Shown: positions 1 to 9,579 of the stretch, in pieces | Position numbering within the stretch: position 1 is the stretch's first letter | How the letters are laid out: each line of letters starts with the position of its first letter | Source: Planococcus sp. (in: firmicutes) | GTDB taxonomy: Bacteria > Bacillota > Bacilli > Bacillales_A > Planococcaceae | Assembly (NCBI GenBank): GCA_041553775.1 | Contig: JBFEIJ010000006.1 | Coordinates: 4,037 to 68,036, forward strand | Direction: 5' to 3' | DNA length: 64,000 nt | Translations under genes and position numbers: made by a program | Notes under the pieces: model-generated | Told to the model about the DNA's origin: nothing | The model's database searches: none | The model's input: only the letters and a program-made list of their open reading frames with translations

Positions 1-1
1 C

Positions 2-292
2 TTAATTACCGACTATTCTTCCATTCCAGTTGAGTTTTCGCTTTTAAAGAAAAAAATGATTTTTTATACCTTCGATTCAGAGGAATATAACCGCACGCAA
101 GGTTTATGGGATGAAAGTCCATTGTATTTCCCAGGACCGATTGTAAAAACCACTGCCCAACTCATCGATCATATTTTAGATCCATCGATTGACTTTGAAA
201 AAATCAATCAATTTAGTGAGCACTGGAACACGTATTCAACTGGCAATGCCACGAAGCGGCTAATAAATACTCTCTACACTGAGAAAGAATAA
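2..292 (+). CDS. CDP-glycerol glycerophosphotransferase family protein (TagB/TagF-like), 3' part only
   Basis: Frame is open from base 2: LITDYSSIPVEF...FYTFDSEEY...PGP...GNATKR, the C-terminal motifs of TagF/TagB. Truncated by the window start. Confidence 0.85.
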   Translation, partial: LITDYSSIPVEFSLLKKKMIFYTFDSEEYNRTQGLWDESPLYFPGPIVKTTAQLIDHILDPSIDFEKINQFSEHWNTYSTGNATKRLINTLYTEKE

Positions 293-303
293 CAAGCAAA
301 TTA

Positions 304-347
304 AATAGCCAGATACGTTGACCCTCAGTCAGCGTATCTGGCTATTT
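304..347. terminator. Bidirectional intrinsic terminator
   Basis: Inverted repeat AATAGCCAGATACG(T)TGAC...GTCA(G)CGTATCTGGCTATT between convergent genes. Confidence 0.8.
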
Positions 348-355
348 TCAGCATT

Positions 356-1897
356 TCACAAAAAAGGCAGGTATTTTTTCAATAGCGAGGCAGCTCGCTC
401 TTTCTTAAGTTGAATGCTTACATTCCCGTAATTTGTACGATACAGTTTCAAAGATAGATTGCCAATCTTCAGTTCCGATTCTTTTCGCTGCACTTTTTTC
501 GGCAACCTGACACGTGCTGGAATAGAATTCGGATACTCCGACAAACTAAAATAAAAGTCGAAAGCCGTGTCGTTGTCAATCAGTTCAAACACTGTAGCTT
601 TTACCATTACGGAGAATTCCTGCTCTTCATAAGGATATATCAAGGATTCGCCACTAGGGCTGCTAGAGAACGGCTCTAATTCTATCTCTCGTCCACTTTT
701 ACGCTCTTTGATATAAAAATGACATGTTGTAGCTTCTGAAACTTTTGGAAGTTTTAACTCACCTCGTAAGGTCCAATATGAGTTTTCAAGCTTCACTTGA
801 TGCACATTTACTACCGGTTTCAAAAAGGCGGTCACATCTATTTTTTTATTGTCACCATAAAAAACGAATTGTGCACTTTCTTGATAAACCAATTTTTCTT
901 TTTCAATAGCCATCAACATTTGAGAAAACAGCTTCAGGTTTTCAAGATCAAGGTCTATTAACAAATCAAAAATAATTTTTTCTTTTTTCGGCAGCCTTTC
1001 CGTTACGACCACCGGAATTTCTAGCAAGAAGCTTCTTACGATTTTCACCCATTCTTCTTGTTCAACTTCATCAATCAATGAAAATTTAACAGCGTGGAGA
1101 CGAATCATATCAAGTAAGCTTTTCAGGTCGTTCTCTTCAATAATTTTTTTAGGCGCCTCTGTTTCTTGTAGCCAATGGCGGTTTTCTTGCAAAGCTTCTA
1201 TTCGGTGCAATGTGTTTTCTAGTTTCATCTGCTGCTGAGTGATAGACGGCTTGTCTTCCTCATCACGAATACGCCAATGGTATACAACTTTATTAAGCAC
1301 TTCGATTTTCTCAGCCAATACTGCTGCCTTCAAGGTTAAAGTTAAATCTTCATAATACTTGCCTTCTTTAAAAGACAAATCATTGTCTACAAGTAAACTT
1401 TTCCTCCAAAGCTTGTTGCATGCAATACTGTCTTGGAGCATCGCTGGATGATCCAATAGCCTTGTCTGGCCTTTTTTCTGATATAAGCCAAATTCTAAAT
1501 GCCGTATTGGGATGTATTTTCGAGCGTCATTGAACCGCACAACTTTGCCGACAGCATAATCTGCTCCGGACTTTTCGGCCGCTATTACTAGCGACTCAAT
1601 TGCTTTTGAAGGAATTGAGTCGTCTGCATCCAAGAAAAAAAGGTATTTCCCCTTGCTTAACGATATTCCTCTGTTCCGCGTATAACCTAAACCCTGGTTC
1701 GCCTGGTGATATACATGAAAATGAGGGAATTTATCCGCATAATAATCGAGAAGTTCTTCACTTTTATCTGTCGAGCCGTCGTTAACCATGATGATTTCTA
1801 GATGTGGATATGTCTGCGCTTTTACAGATGCGAGACATTCCTCCAAGTAAGGAATCGCATTGTAGACTGGTATAACAACAGAAACAAGTTCAGCCAT
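356..1897 (-). CDS. Family 2 glycosyltransferase with C-terminal extension (cell-wall polymer modification)
   Basis: SVVIPVYN...NDGSTD...RNRG...FLDADD...YEDL GT2 motifs; GGAGGTG RBS before the ATG at 1897. Confidence 0.9.
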   Translation of the reverse strand: MAELVSVVIPVYNAIPYLEECLASVKAQTYPHLEIIMVNDGSTDKSEELLDYYADKFPHFHVYHQANQGLGYTRNRGISLSKGKYLFFLDADDSIPSKAIESLVIAAEKSGADYAVGKVVRFNDARKYIPIRHLEFGLYQKKGQTRLLDHPAMLQDSIACNKLWRKSLLVDNDLSFKEGKYYEDLTLTLKAAVLAEKIEVLNKVVYHWRIRDEEDKPSITQQQMKLENTLHRIEALQENRHWLQETEAPKKIIEENDLKSLLDMIRLHAVKFSLIDEVEQEEWVKIVRSFLLEIPVVVTERLPKKEKIIFDLLIDLDLENLKLFSQMLMAIEKEKLVYQESAQFVFYGDNKKIDVTAFLKPVVNVHQVKLENSYWTLRGELKLPKVSEATTCHFYIKERKSGREIELEPFSSSPSGESLIYPYEEQEFSVMVKATVFELIDNDTAFDFYFSLSEYPNSIPARVRLPKKVQRKESELKIGNLSLKLYRTNYGNVSIQLKKERAASLLKKYLPFL

Positions 1898-1920
1898 TAT
1901 ACTCACCTCCTGCTAATGAT

Positions 1921-1951
1921 AAAAAGAGTTGCCGCAATAGCAACTCTTTTT
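1921..1951 (-). terminator. Intrinsic terminator
   Basis: AAAAAGAGTTGC-cgcaata-GCAACTCTTTTT hairpin downstream of the TagF-like gene. Confidence 0.7.
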
Positions 1952-1955
1952 CCTT

Positions 1956-4631
1956 TTAGTTCAGCTTAAAAATTTTCTTAATCACACGCTCTGTAGCGTG
2001 ACCGTCTTCAATGCTTCCAAACTCCGAAGCAAAATCTTCTAATGCCCCATTAAATTGCTCCAACTGATCTGGACGATTCAGGTAGTGAACAACGTCGTTC
2101 ATGGATTGGCAAACCGGTCCTGGCGCTTTATCTACAAAATTAAAATACATACCGCGTCTTGTAATGTATTCCTCAAGATCGTAGCAGTACAAAATGATCG
2201 GTCGCTTCAACAACGCGTAATCGAACATAACGGATGAATAATCCGTTATTAATACATCCGAAATCAGATATAATTCCTGGATGTCTTGGTATGTTGATGC
2301 ATTAATAATATTTGGCGGAAGTTCCAATTGGGAAATCTTTTCCGACAACAAATAATGGAGACGTAACAAGACAACTGTTTGACTGTCTGTTTCCTTGCTT
2401 AAGGCTTGGACGTCATCCAATACATTTTGAAACGAATTGGGATCCCAATCCCGGAATGTAGGTGCAAACAGCACTACTTTCTGCACTTCAGATATTTTGA
2501 AGTAGTCACGCACTTTTTGTTTGACAGACTCTGGTTGGGTAATCAAGATATCATTTCTCGGATAGCCCGTTTCCAAAATTTTACCGGCATAGCGGAATCC
2601 TCTTCGCAGAATTTCACTCGTGTAACGGTTTGGAGAAATCAAGTAATCCCAAGCGTCCGTTTGAAGCTTCAGTCCTGCTAATTCACCTTTATTCGGTGTT
2701 TTCTTTTGGTCGTATCCCATTTTCTTCAAAGGAGTGCCATGCCATGTTTGCACATAAACTTGGTCTTCTTTTTTATTCGCCAAGCGCGCCATCCCTTGAT
2801 TATCCACCCAGAATTTTGCACGGTTCAAGTAATAAAAGTGCTTGAGGCTGTTCCGCTTCACTTTAATGGCTGGGCCCGGCAAATCTACGCTTTCCGGGTC
2901 TTGGAAAGACCAGATAAACTTGAATTTTTGACCGCTATCAACCAATTGCTCATACAAGTATTTTGGGCTGTCACTATATTGTTTGCCCATATGGCTCTCA
3001 AAAATGACCCAGTTGACATTGATCGGCAATTTCGGAATAAACTTCTCCACCACTTTTTGTAACTGAGTCCGATTGTTGGACTCTTTTTTCTGCTTATTCT
3101 GGTTGATTCTCCGACGCTCAATCTTCCATTTGATCGTATCCATGACCTTAATTGGCGTAACTCGTATTGAGAAAGAATTTTTCTCATTGATATAAATGCC
3201 TTTAGCTAAAACGCCATCGCGAACTTCCATATTCGGGAGTTCTGTAATATGTGTGTTTTTCACCAATTCGCGGTGCAAGTTACCTCTATGCTTGATATAC
3301 AGAGATAAATAATAATTGCCAGCAGTCATTTCATTTATATCAAAAAATACTGTTCCGTCTTGCGACCGTTCGGAAGCAAGGATGTCACCTGTCTGTCTAT
3401 TTCTAAGAACCCAAAAAGGACTAATTTCTGCAGTATCAATGGAATTGACTTGAACAGCCGCTTTAAAAGCGAATTTTTCATGATCAAGGGTGATATCGAA
3501 AATTTTATAATGTATATCCGGTTTAGTAATACTTAAAAACTTCTCATGGTTTTTACCTAGTACAGAGGCTTTAAAGAAGTATTGAGTACCAATATTGTAA
3601 ACCCGATCCTCTTTAGTCGGCAAGTTATTCGTGTACGCTACATAGTCTTCAAAAGCCTTTACATCTCCGATATAAAGAAGGTAGTAAAGAATTCGATCTT
3701 TCTCGGCTAATGGAAGGAAGGCGTACTCGTCCATCACTTCATGAAGATATTGGTAAATCAATTGGTGAAATTTGGTTTTGTATTCTTGATCAAACAATAA
3801 GTAATCATTCGTATACAACTTTAGATCATGTCGAAGGAATTTGCTGTTTTTTTCTTTTTGGTAAAGAGCCGCGCCATTTTCCCTCAAAAACTGATCGAAA
3901 TAACGATGAGCAATAATGCGGTTTTCAAAGTTTTCAAATTCAAATCGACGATTGGTGATGGATTTTACATCTGCACTTTCAACAACACGCCAGTAATAAA
4001 CCGGTTCCGGAATAATACTGATCGATTCAGCAAGGAAATACGCTTTTCCTGTAAAGACAATATCTTCGTAATGGATCCCTTCAGGAAACCGCAAGCTATG
4101 CTTATCAAGGAATGCTCGCTTGTAAATCTTGTTGACCGATAAGCTGTCAAATAGCATATAGGTGAATTCCCGAATATTGAAGTTGATGCGCTCTTTCGAA
4201 TAAATCTGTTTATGGTACCAAATTTCATAATTGTTTGTGCGAATTACTTGCCCCGCTACAAAATCGGAATCCGTGCGGTCCATTGCTTCGACCATCTTTT
4301 CACATGCATCGCTGACATACCAATCATCGCCATCTAAGAACATGACATATTGGCCAGTCGTGTTTGCAATCCCTGTGTTTCTTGGCGTACTGCAACCTCC
4401 GCTGTTCTCAGGTAAGTGAATCGCTTTGAAATGTTCTTTATCTTTTATATAGTCGTCGATCAGTTCCCCGGTTCTATCCGTTGAAAAATCGTTGACGACT
4501 ACTACTTCAAAATCAGTGAACGTTTGCTCATTCAACGATTCCAATGCTTCTTCAATATACAATTCATTATTAAACGCGATAACGACTACTGAGAGTTTTG
4601 GTCTTTTATTTATTTGTGCGTTGCTGACCAT
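1956..4631 (-). CDS. tagF: Bifunctional GT2 / CDP-glycerol:poly(glycerophosphate) glycerophosphotransferase (TagF-like teichoic acid polymerase)
   Basis: N-terminal GT2 (FLDGDD, YEDI); C-terminal FESHMGKQYSDSPK, QTWHGTPLKKMG, GYPRND, APTFRD, ITDYSSVMFD; GGAGG RBS before the ATG at 4631. Confidence 0.88.
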   Translation of the reverse strand: MVSNAQINKRPKLSVVVIAFNNELYIEEALESLNEQTFTDFEVVVVNDFSTDRTGELIDDYIKDKEHFKAIHLPENSGGCSTPRNTGIANTTGQYVMFLDGDDWYVSDACEKMVEAMDRTDSDFVAGQVIRTNNYEIWYHKQIYSKERINFNIREFTYMLFDSLSVNKIYKRAFLDKHSLRFPEGIHYEDIVFTGKAYFLAESISIIPEPVYYWRVVESADVKSITNRRFEFENFENRIIAHRYFDQFLRENGAALYQKEKNSKFLRHDLKLYTNDYLLFDQEYKTKFHQLIYQYLHEVMDEYAFLPLAEKDRILYYLLYIGDVKAFEDYVAYTNNLPTKEDRVYNIGTQYFFKASVLGKNHEKFLSITKPDIHYKIFDITLDHEKFAFKAAVQVNSIDTAEISPFWVLRNRQTGDILASERSQDGTVFFDINEMTAGNYYLSLYIKHRGNLHRELVKNTHITELPNMEVRDGVLAKGIYINEKNSFSIRVTPIKVMDTIKWKIERRRINQNKQKKESNNRTQLQKVVEKFIPKLPINVNWVIFESHMGKQYSDSPKYLYEQLVDSGQKFKFIWSFQDPESVDLPGPAIKVKRNSLKHFYYLNRAKFWVDNQGMARLANKKEDQVYVQTWHGTPLKKMGYDQKKTPNKGELAGLKLQTDAWDYLISPNRYTSEILRRGFRYAGKILETGYPRNDILITQPESVKQKVRDYFKISEVQKVVLFAPTFRDWDPNSFQNVLDDVQALSKETDSQTVVLLRLHYLLSEKISQLELPPNIINASTYQDIQELYLISDVLITDYSSVMFDYALLKRPIILYCYDLEEYITRRGMYFNFVDKAPGPVCQSMNDVVHYLNRPDQLEQFNGALEDFASEFGSIEDGHATERVIKKIFKLN

Positions 4632-5796
4632 ATTCATGACCTCCCAGTTCTTCAAAAAGTTCATACCACTCGTTCTTTATCATTGAGCGATCAAATTTCA
4701 TCCTATTTTTAAATGCGTGTTCACTAAAAGCTTTAAATACTTCAGGATTCTGCGCTAAGCGTTTGATGGAACGCGCCAAAATTTCAACATTCCCCACTGG
4801 CGTAATGTAGGAGTCTTCGTATTCGTTCAGTATCTCCCTGATGCCTGGAGCACAGTCAGTGGATATGCATGGAAGCCCGCACGATTGAGCTTCAATCAAT
4901 GACATTGGCAAACCTTCTGCTTTTGAAGACAACACAAAGAAACTTGAATCCGATAAAACAGACTGAATATCTTCTGTTTGTCCTTCAAGAAAAACGCGCT
5001 CCTTCATGCCAAGTATGAGAATTAAATTTTTCAGCGATTTTTCAGCCGGTCCATCTCCGTAAATGTGCAGCGTCCACCCAGGCAAGCTGTCTGCTACTTT
5101 AGAAAAGGCTTCAATGAGCACGTCGAATCCTTTATCTTCAACAAGCCTTCCTGAAGAAACTACCTTTTTTCTGCTATACAAAAACTCAGGCGTGTTAAAT
5201 TGATGGAATGGAGAAGGATTATACATAACCCCCGTATTCGTAAATCCAAGTTCCTGAAAATGGTCTGCATCTTTTTGCGTCAACAATAAAAATTTTGACA
5301 CTTGGCGATAATGACGCAAAATCCTTTTATATCGTCGGGAGCCTTTTGAAGCAGCTACACTTTCATGGCTTTGACCGATTATTTTCACATTCTTCTTATA
5401 AAGAAGTGGGCGAATCCATTGCATGCCGTACACTTGTATAGCAATTACAAAGACTTCCTCATCACCATAAGACTCAAAAAAGCGGACCACTTCGTCTCGT
5501 TTTTTCTTTAACAAACGGCGTCTGTTTAATTCTTTCATGACTTTTCTAACTCGGAATGCTTTTAAGTTAGATGAAATTTCAATTGGGAGAGGGGCTCGAT
5601 AGCCGTCGGGATGCAAGACTTTTACAGGCACATCCTCCGGAAAATAACTCGGTACTTTTTTTTGCTCATTTACGCTTAAGACCGATACATTATGACCATC
5701 CGCTCTGAATTCTTCCGTCAAAATAGAAGCCACTCGTTGCGCACCGCCGTGATTATTGTATTCATTTATTAGAAAAACAATGTTCCTGCTTTGCAT
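4606..5796 (-). CDS. Family 4 (GT-B) glycosyltransferase
   Basis: GGAQRV N-terminal motif, GRLVEDKGFD, EGLPMSLIEAQSCGLP. Confidence 0.9.
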   Translation of the reverse strand: MQSRNIVFLINEYNNHGGAQRVASILTEEFRADGHNVSVLSVNEQKKVPSYFPEDVPVKVLHPDGYRAPLPIEISSNLKAFRVRKVMKELNRRRLLKKKRDEVVRFFESYGDEEVFVIAIQVYGMQWIRPLLYKKNVKIIGQSHESVAASKGSRRYKRILRHYRQVSKFLLLTQKDADHFQELGFTNTGVMYNPSPFHQFNTPEFLYSRKKVVSSGRLVEDKGFDVLIEAFSKVADSLPGWTLHIYGDGPAEKSLKNLILILGMKERVFLEGQTEDIQSVLSDSSFFVLSSKAEGLPMSLIEAQSCGLPCISTDCAPGIREILNEYEDSYITPVGNVEILARSIKRLAQNPEVFKAFSEHAFKNRMKFDRSMIKNEWYELFEELGGHEYGQQRTNK

Positions 5797-5843
5797 GCAA
5801 TTACTCCTCGAATATTACCCAGTCATTCTAATAGGCTGAATAA

Positions 5844-7460
5844 TTAATAGGTCTTTTCTTTTTTCTCCACTTGAAGGTACTTCGTAGATGTCTTCAGTTC
5901 AACTGTCTTATTGTCAATCGTATAAGACTCTTCCGGATATTCCTGTTGCTTGGATGCCCAAACTAAAATAGTCATTTGCTTGTGTGGCGACTGATTCATC
6001 CGGTAAGTTAAATGGCTCTCATATAAGCCGTTCTCAAGTTCCTCAAGATCGATGGCAACTTTGAATTTCGAAAAATTATACACTTTTCCTTGAGGGTTAT
6101 AAACCGGATTTTCGGTAATTTCCTCGGTCTCGCTTATCACTGCTTGGTAACCCGCGCGCTTGAATGAGGTTAAATTGGTCAAATGGAAATCCATAGATAC
6201 TGAATCAGCTGTTTTCGTTTCATAACCGCGAACAAAAGCAACTCCTTCAATGTATGCGAATTTATCGTCGAACCAAATTTTGTTCACTTGCTGCTCCACT
6301 TTTTCGATGTTTTCAATAATCAGTTCCAACGCATTTTTGTCGGAAGCATATCGATAGTTGAAACTAGGAATAGCATCAACATTGTTTTCTTCAATAACAG
6401 CTTTTCCTGACCATAAGCTAAACTCAGCTAACGTTCCCGTCTCGTCATAGCGGCGTGCCAAAAAACTGTACTTTCCAGGTTTAAAGAAAAACGGAAACTC
6501 TTTTTCGGTTAAGCGGACTGTAAATCCGTTTTCAGCAGCTTCCAGTTTCTTAATGGCTGTTTCTCCGGTTCTAATGTCGCGCACAGCAAGTTCAAACTGA
6601 TTGTGAACATCTTGATCGCTATGATCGTTCAAAAAGCCGTTCAATTCAAAATAAAAACCGTCTGAATTCGTCCCATAGACGACTTTATCAATCGAATGCT
6701 TGTACTCGATCTCGGCACGTACGGACTCAATTGTTTTCTTGCCGCTCATGAAATCGTTATAAAGTGCCCCAACAAATTTCGAGTCACCATATGTGATCAA
6801 TTGTCCTTGATGGACCCATGCAGCTTTTGAACAAAACGATTCCACCGCATGATTGTCGTGACTTACAAATATGATTGTTTTGCCTTGTTCTTGAAAGTCA
6901 TTCATTTTGTTCATGCATTTTTTTCGGAACAATGAATCGCCTACCGCCAATGCTTCATCGACAATGAGAATGTCTGGGTCCACATTGACTGAAATGGCAA
7001 ATCCGAGCTTCGACTTCATACCAGCCGAGTAATTTTTAACCGGTTGTTCTATAAATTCGCCTAGCTCAGAGAATTCAATGATGTCATCTACTTTCTCTAA
7101 CATCTGTTCTTTTGTATATCCTAGCAGGATGCCCTTCATAAAAATATTATCGTAACCGCTAAGTTCAGAATCAATTCCAGAACTGACATCTAAAAAGACA
7201 ATAGAGCCATGTACGTCTACTGTCCCGCTGCTCGGTTCAGCGATTCCGGTAATCACTTTTAACAACGTTGATTTACCCGATCCATTTTTACCTAAAATAC
7301 CAATCGATTCTCCTCTTGGAAAGTCGAGGGAAACATTCTGAAGTGCATAAAAATCTTTATGCAATTTTTTCTTGGTGAAAACTTCTTTTATTGGACCCCA
7401 AGGATCTTTATATAAACTATATTTTTTCGTTAACCCTTTTACACTCACAGCAACTTCCAT
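5844..7460 (-). CDS. tagH: Teichoic acid/polysaccharide export ABC ATPase with long C-terminal extension
   Basis: Walker A GKNGSGKST, signature YSAGMKSKLGF, Walker B ILIVDEALAVGD, adjacent to tagG. Confidence 0.9.
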   Translation of the reverse strand: MEVAVSVKGLTKKYSLYKDPWGPIKEVFTKKKLHKDFYALQNVSLDFPRGESIGILGKNGSGKSTLLKVITGIAEPSSGTVDVHGSIVFLDVSSGIDSELSGYDNIFMKGILLGYTKEQMLEKVDDIIEFSELGEFIEQPVKNYSAGMKSKLGFAISVNVDPDILIVDEALAVGDSLFRKKCMNKMNDFQEQGKTIIFVSHDNHAVESFCSKAAWVHQGQLITYGDSKFVGALYNDFMSGKKTIESVRAEIEYKHSIDKVVYGTNSDGFYFELNGFLNDHSDQDVHNQFELAVRDIRTGETAIKKLEAAENGFTVRLTEKEFPFFFKPGKYSFLARRYDETGTLAEFSLWSGKAVIEENNVDAIPSFNYRYASDKNALELIIENIEKVEQQVNKIWFDDKFAYIEGVAFVRGYETKTADSVSMDFHLTNLTSFKRAGYQAVISETEEITENPVYNPQGKVYNFSKFKVAIDLEELENGLYESHLTYRMNQSPHKQMTILVWASKQQEYPEESYTIDNKTVELKTSTKYLQVEKKEKTY

Positions 7461-7486
7461 TGAAATCCTCCTTTCTTCAACGAATT

Positions 7487-8278
7487 TTATAAAGTATCCA
7501 AGAAAACCGGTTTTAATCGTTTATGCAAATAATTGCCTAGCACAAATAGAATAAATACCAATATCCAGAAGTACAATGTGTATAACGGCTGTTCCCAGAA
7601 TCCTACTTCATAGAAAAAAGAGTCGCGATAACCTTGTACCACGTAATGGAATGGATTTATTTTCACTATCTTTTCAAGAACCCCCAAATTATCTGCGGAC
7701 CAAAAAATAGGCGTCATCCAAAATAGAAATACGAGAATCGTATCTAAAAATCGACCGAAGTCCTTACTGACTGCAACTAATGGCGCTGTTACAGATCCAA
7801 TGCCCAAAAGCAGCATAACTGCAGCGAAGTCATAGTATAGAATCTGCACGTTGTAGACCGATACTGTCCCTAAGGCCACTGCCATCACAATGTACATCAC
7901 GAAAAGCAAAATCAAGTGAATGTAATACGAGTAAAGAATTTGAACTGCAGGCAAGATTGCAATCGGAAAAGGCGTATTCTTAATGATTGACCTTTTACTA
8001 CGAAAAGACTTCTGCGTTAACCGGAATCCATCATTTAACAGGAACCACGCGACCATACCGATAGCGAGCCATGCGAAATAAGGCGCGCCATTGACTGGAC
8101 CGCCTGCTCTGGCACCAATACTGAACACGAACCAAAAAACCGCGATTCGCATAAGCGGGTTGATGAGACCCCATGCGAATCCAAATAACGTGCCCGCATA
8201 TTCTCTTTTAATTTCTTGCAAGGAAAGCGAACGAATCATATCACGACGGGTCCACATTTCCTTATATATATCAAACAT
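7487..8278 (-). CDS. tagG: Teichoic acid/polysaccharide export ABC permease
   Basis: Y.GT.FG.AWGLINP, LFWMTPIFW, NPFHYVVQGYR; multiple hydrophobic segments. Confidence 0.9.
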   Translation of the reverse strand: MFDIYKEMWTRRDMIRSLSLQEIKREYAGTLFGFAWGLINPLMRIAVFWFVFSIGARAGGPVNGAPYFAWLAIGMVAWFLLNDGFRLTQKSFRSKRSIIKNTPFPIAILPAVQILYSYYIHLILLFVMYIVMAVALGTVSVYNVQILYYDFAAVMLLLGIGSVTAPLVAVSKDFGRFLDTILVFLFWMTPIFWSADNLGVLEKIVKINPFHYVVQGYRDSFFYEVGFWEQPLYTLYFWILVFILFVLGNYLHKRLKPVFLDTL

Positions 8279-8316
8279 AATTTATCTCCTTTATGGCACG
8301 TTGGAATGGTTGGTGG

Positions 8317-9327
8317 TCATTGAAAACCATTAGGGTTTTGCGACTGCCACTTCCATGAGTCTTTGCACATTTCTTTCAGATTTTTTTCTGCAGTCCACCC
8401 AAGAAGCAATTTTGCTTTTTCCGGATCGGCATAGCAAACCCCAATATCTCCTGAACGTCTTTCCGTGATTTTATAAGGAATTTTTCTAGTAGTGGCTTCA
8501 CTGAAATTAGTTACTAAATCCAGAACACTATATCCCGTTCCTGTCCCTAGATTAAATGTCTCGACCCCTTCGTGGCTCTTCAAATACTCGAGCGCCTTCA
8601 AATGGCCTTTAACCAAATCGACCACATGGATATAATCACGAACACCTGTCCCGTCTTGCGTTTCATAGTCGTCGCCAAACACTTGGAGCTGCTCACGTTT
8701 ACCTATTGCCACTTGTGTAATATATGGCATCAAATTATTCGGTATGCCAGTCGGATTTTCCCCAATACGACCACTTTCGTGGGCTCCAATTGGATTGAAA
8801 TATCTAAGGATTGCGATTCTCCAAGAAGGATTGGAAACGTGAAGATCCCGTAAGATTTCTTCTATCATTAACTTTGTTCTTCCATATGGATTGGTCGCAG
8901 AGAGTGGAAAAGATTCATCAATCGGCACACGTTCAGGATTTCCGTATACTGTTGCAGATGAACTGAAAACCAAATTTTTGACACTGTATTTGTCCATAGC
9001 TGCGCATAGATTCAGCGTGCCTGTAATGTTGTTATGGTAATAAGCAAGTGGCATTTCCACAGACTCTCCTACAGCTTTTAAACCGGCGAAATGCATCACC
9101 GCTTCAATTGAGTGACGGCTAAAAATTTCTTCAAGTTCACTCAAATTCAATAAGTCTGTTTGATAAAAAGGAAAGTCTTTTCCAGTTAATTCTTTTACTC
9201 TTTCAATCGATTCTATCTGGCTATTCGATAAATTATCCACTATTACTATATCGTATCCGTTTTCCAATAATTCAACAGCAGCATGGCTTCCGATAAAGCC
9301 CGCTCCACCAGTTACAAGAATTGCCAC
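8317..9327 (-). CDS. galE: UDP-glucose 4-epimerase
   Basis: ILVTGGAGFIGSH, HFAGLKAVGES, YGRTK, LRYFNPIGAH; GTG start favoured by RBS spacing. Confidence 0.96.
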   Translation of the reverse strand: MAILVTGGAGFIGSHAAVELLENGYDIVIVDNLSNSQIESIERVKELTGKDFPFYQTDLLNLSELEEIFSRHSIEAVMHFAGLKAVGESVEMPLAYYHNNITGTLNLCAAMDKYSVKNLVFSSSATVYGNPERVPIDESFPLSATNPYGRTKLMIEEILRDLHVSNPSWRIAILRYFNPIGAHESGRIGENPTGIPNNLMPYITQVAIGKREQLQVFGDDYETQDGTGVRDYIHVVDLVKGHLKALEYLKSHEGVETFNLGTGTGYSVLDLVTNFSEATTRKIPYKITERRSGDIGVCYADPEKAKLLLGWTAEKNLKEMCKDSWKWQSQNPNGFQ

Positions 9328-9579
9328 ATTCATCCCTCTTTCATTATAGGTCATTTTTTTAATAAATCGTTGTCAAATGCCTGTCTCTTGATATGTTTGA
9401 AATTAATAGAAACTTTATGCTATTGCCAATAAATAAATGATACTTTTTCTAAACAGTACAGTATATTTTACCATAAATTGCTCTGCCTTTAAACTTTGAA
9501 CACCAGAAACCATTTATGAAATCATTTGATCATTCCAGCGAATAGCTCTTATTATTTCGTTCCTCAAGATTCAAAAGGA

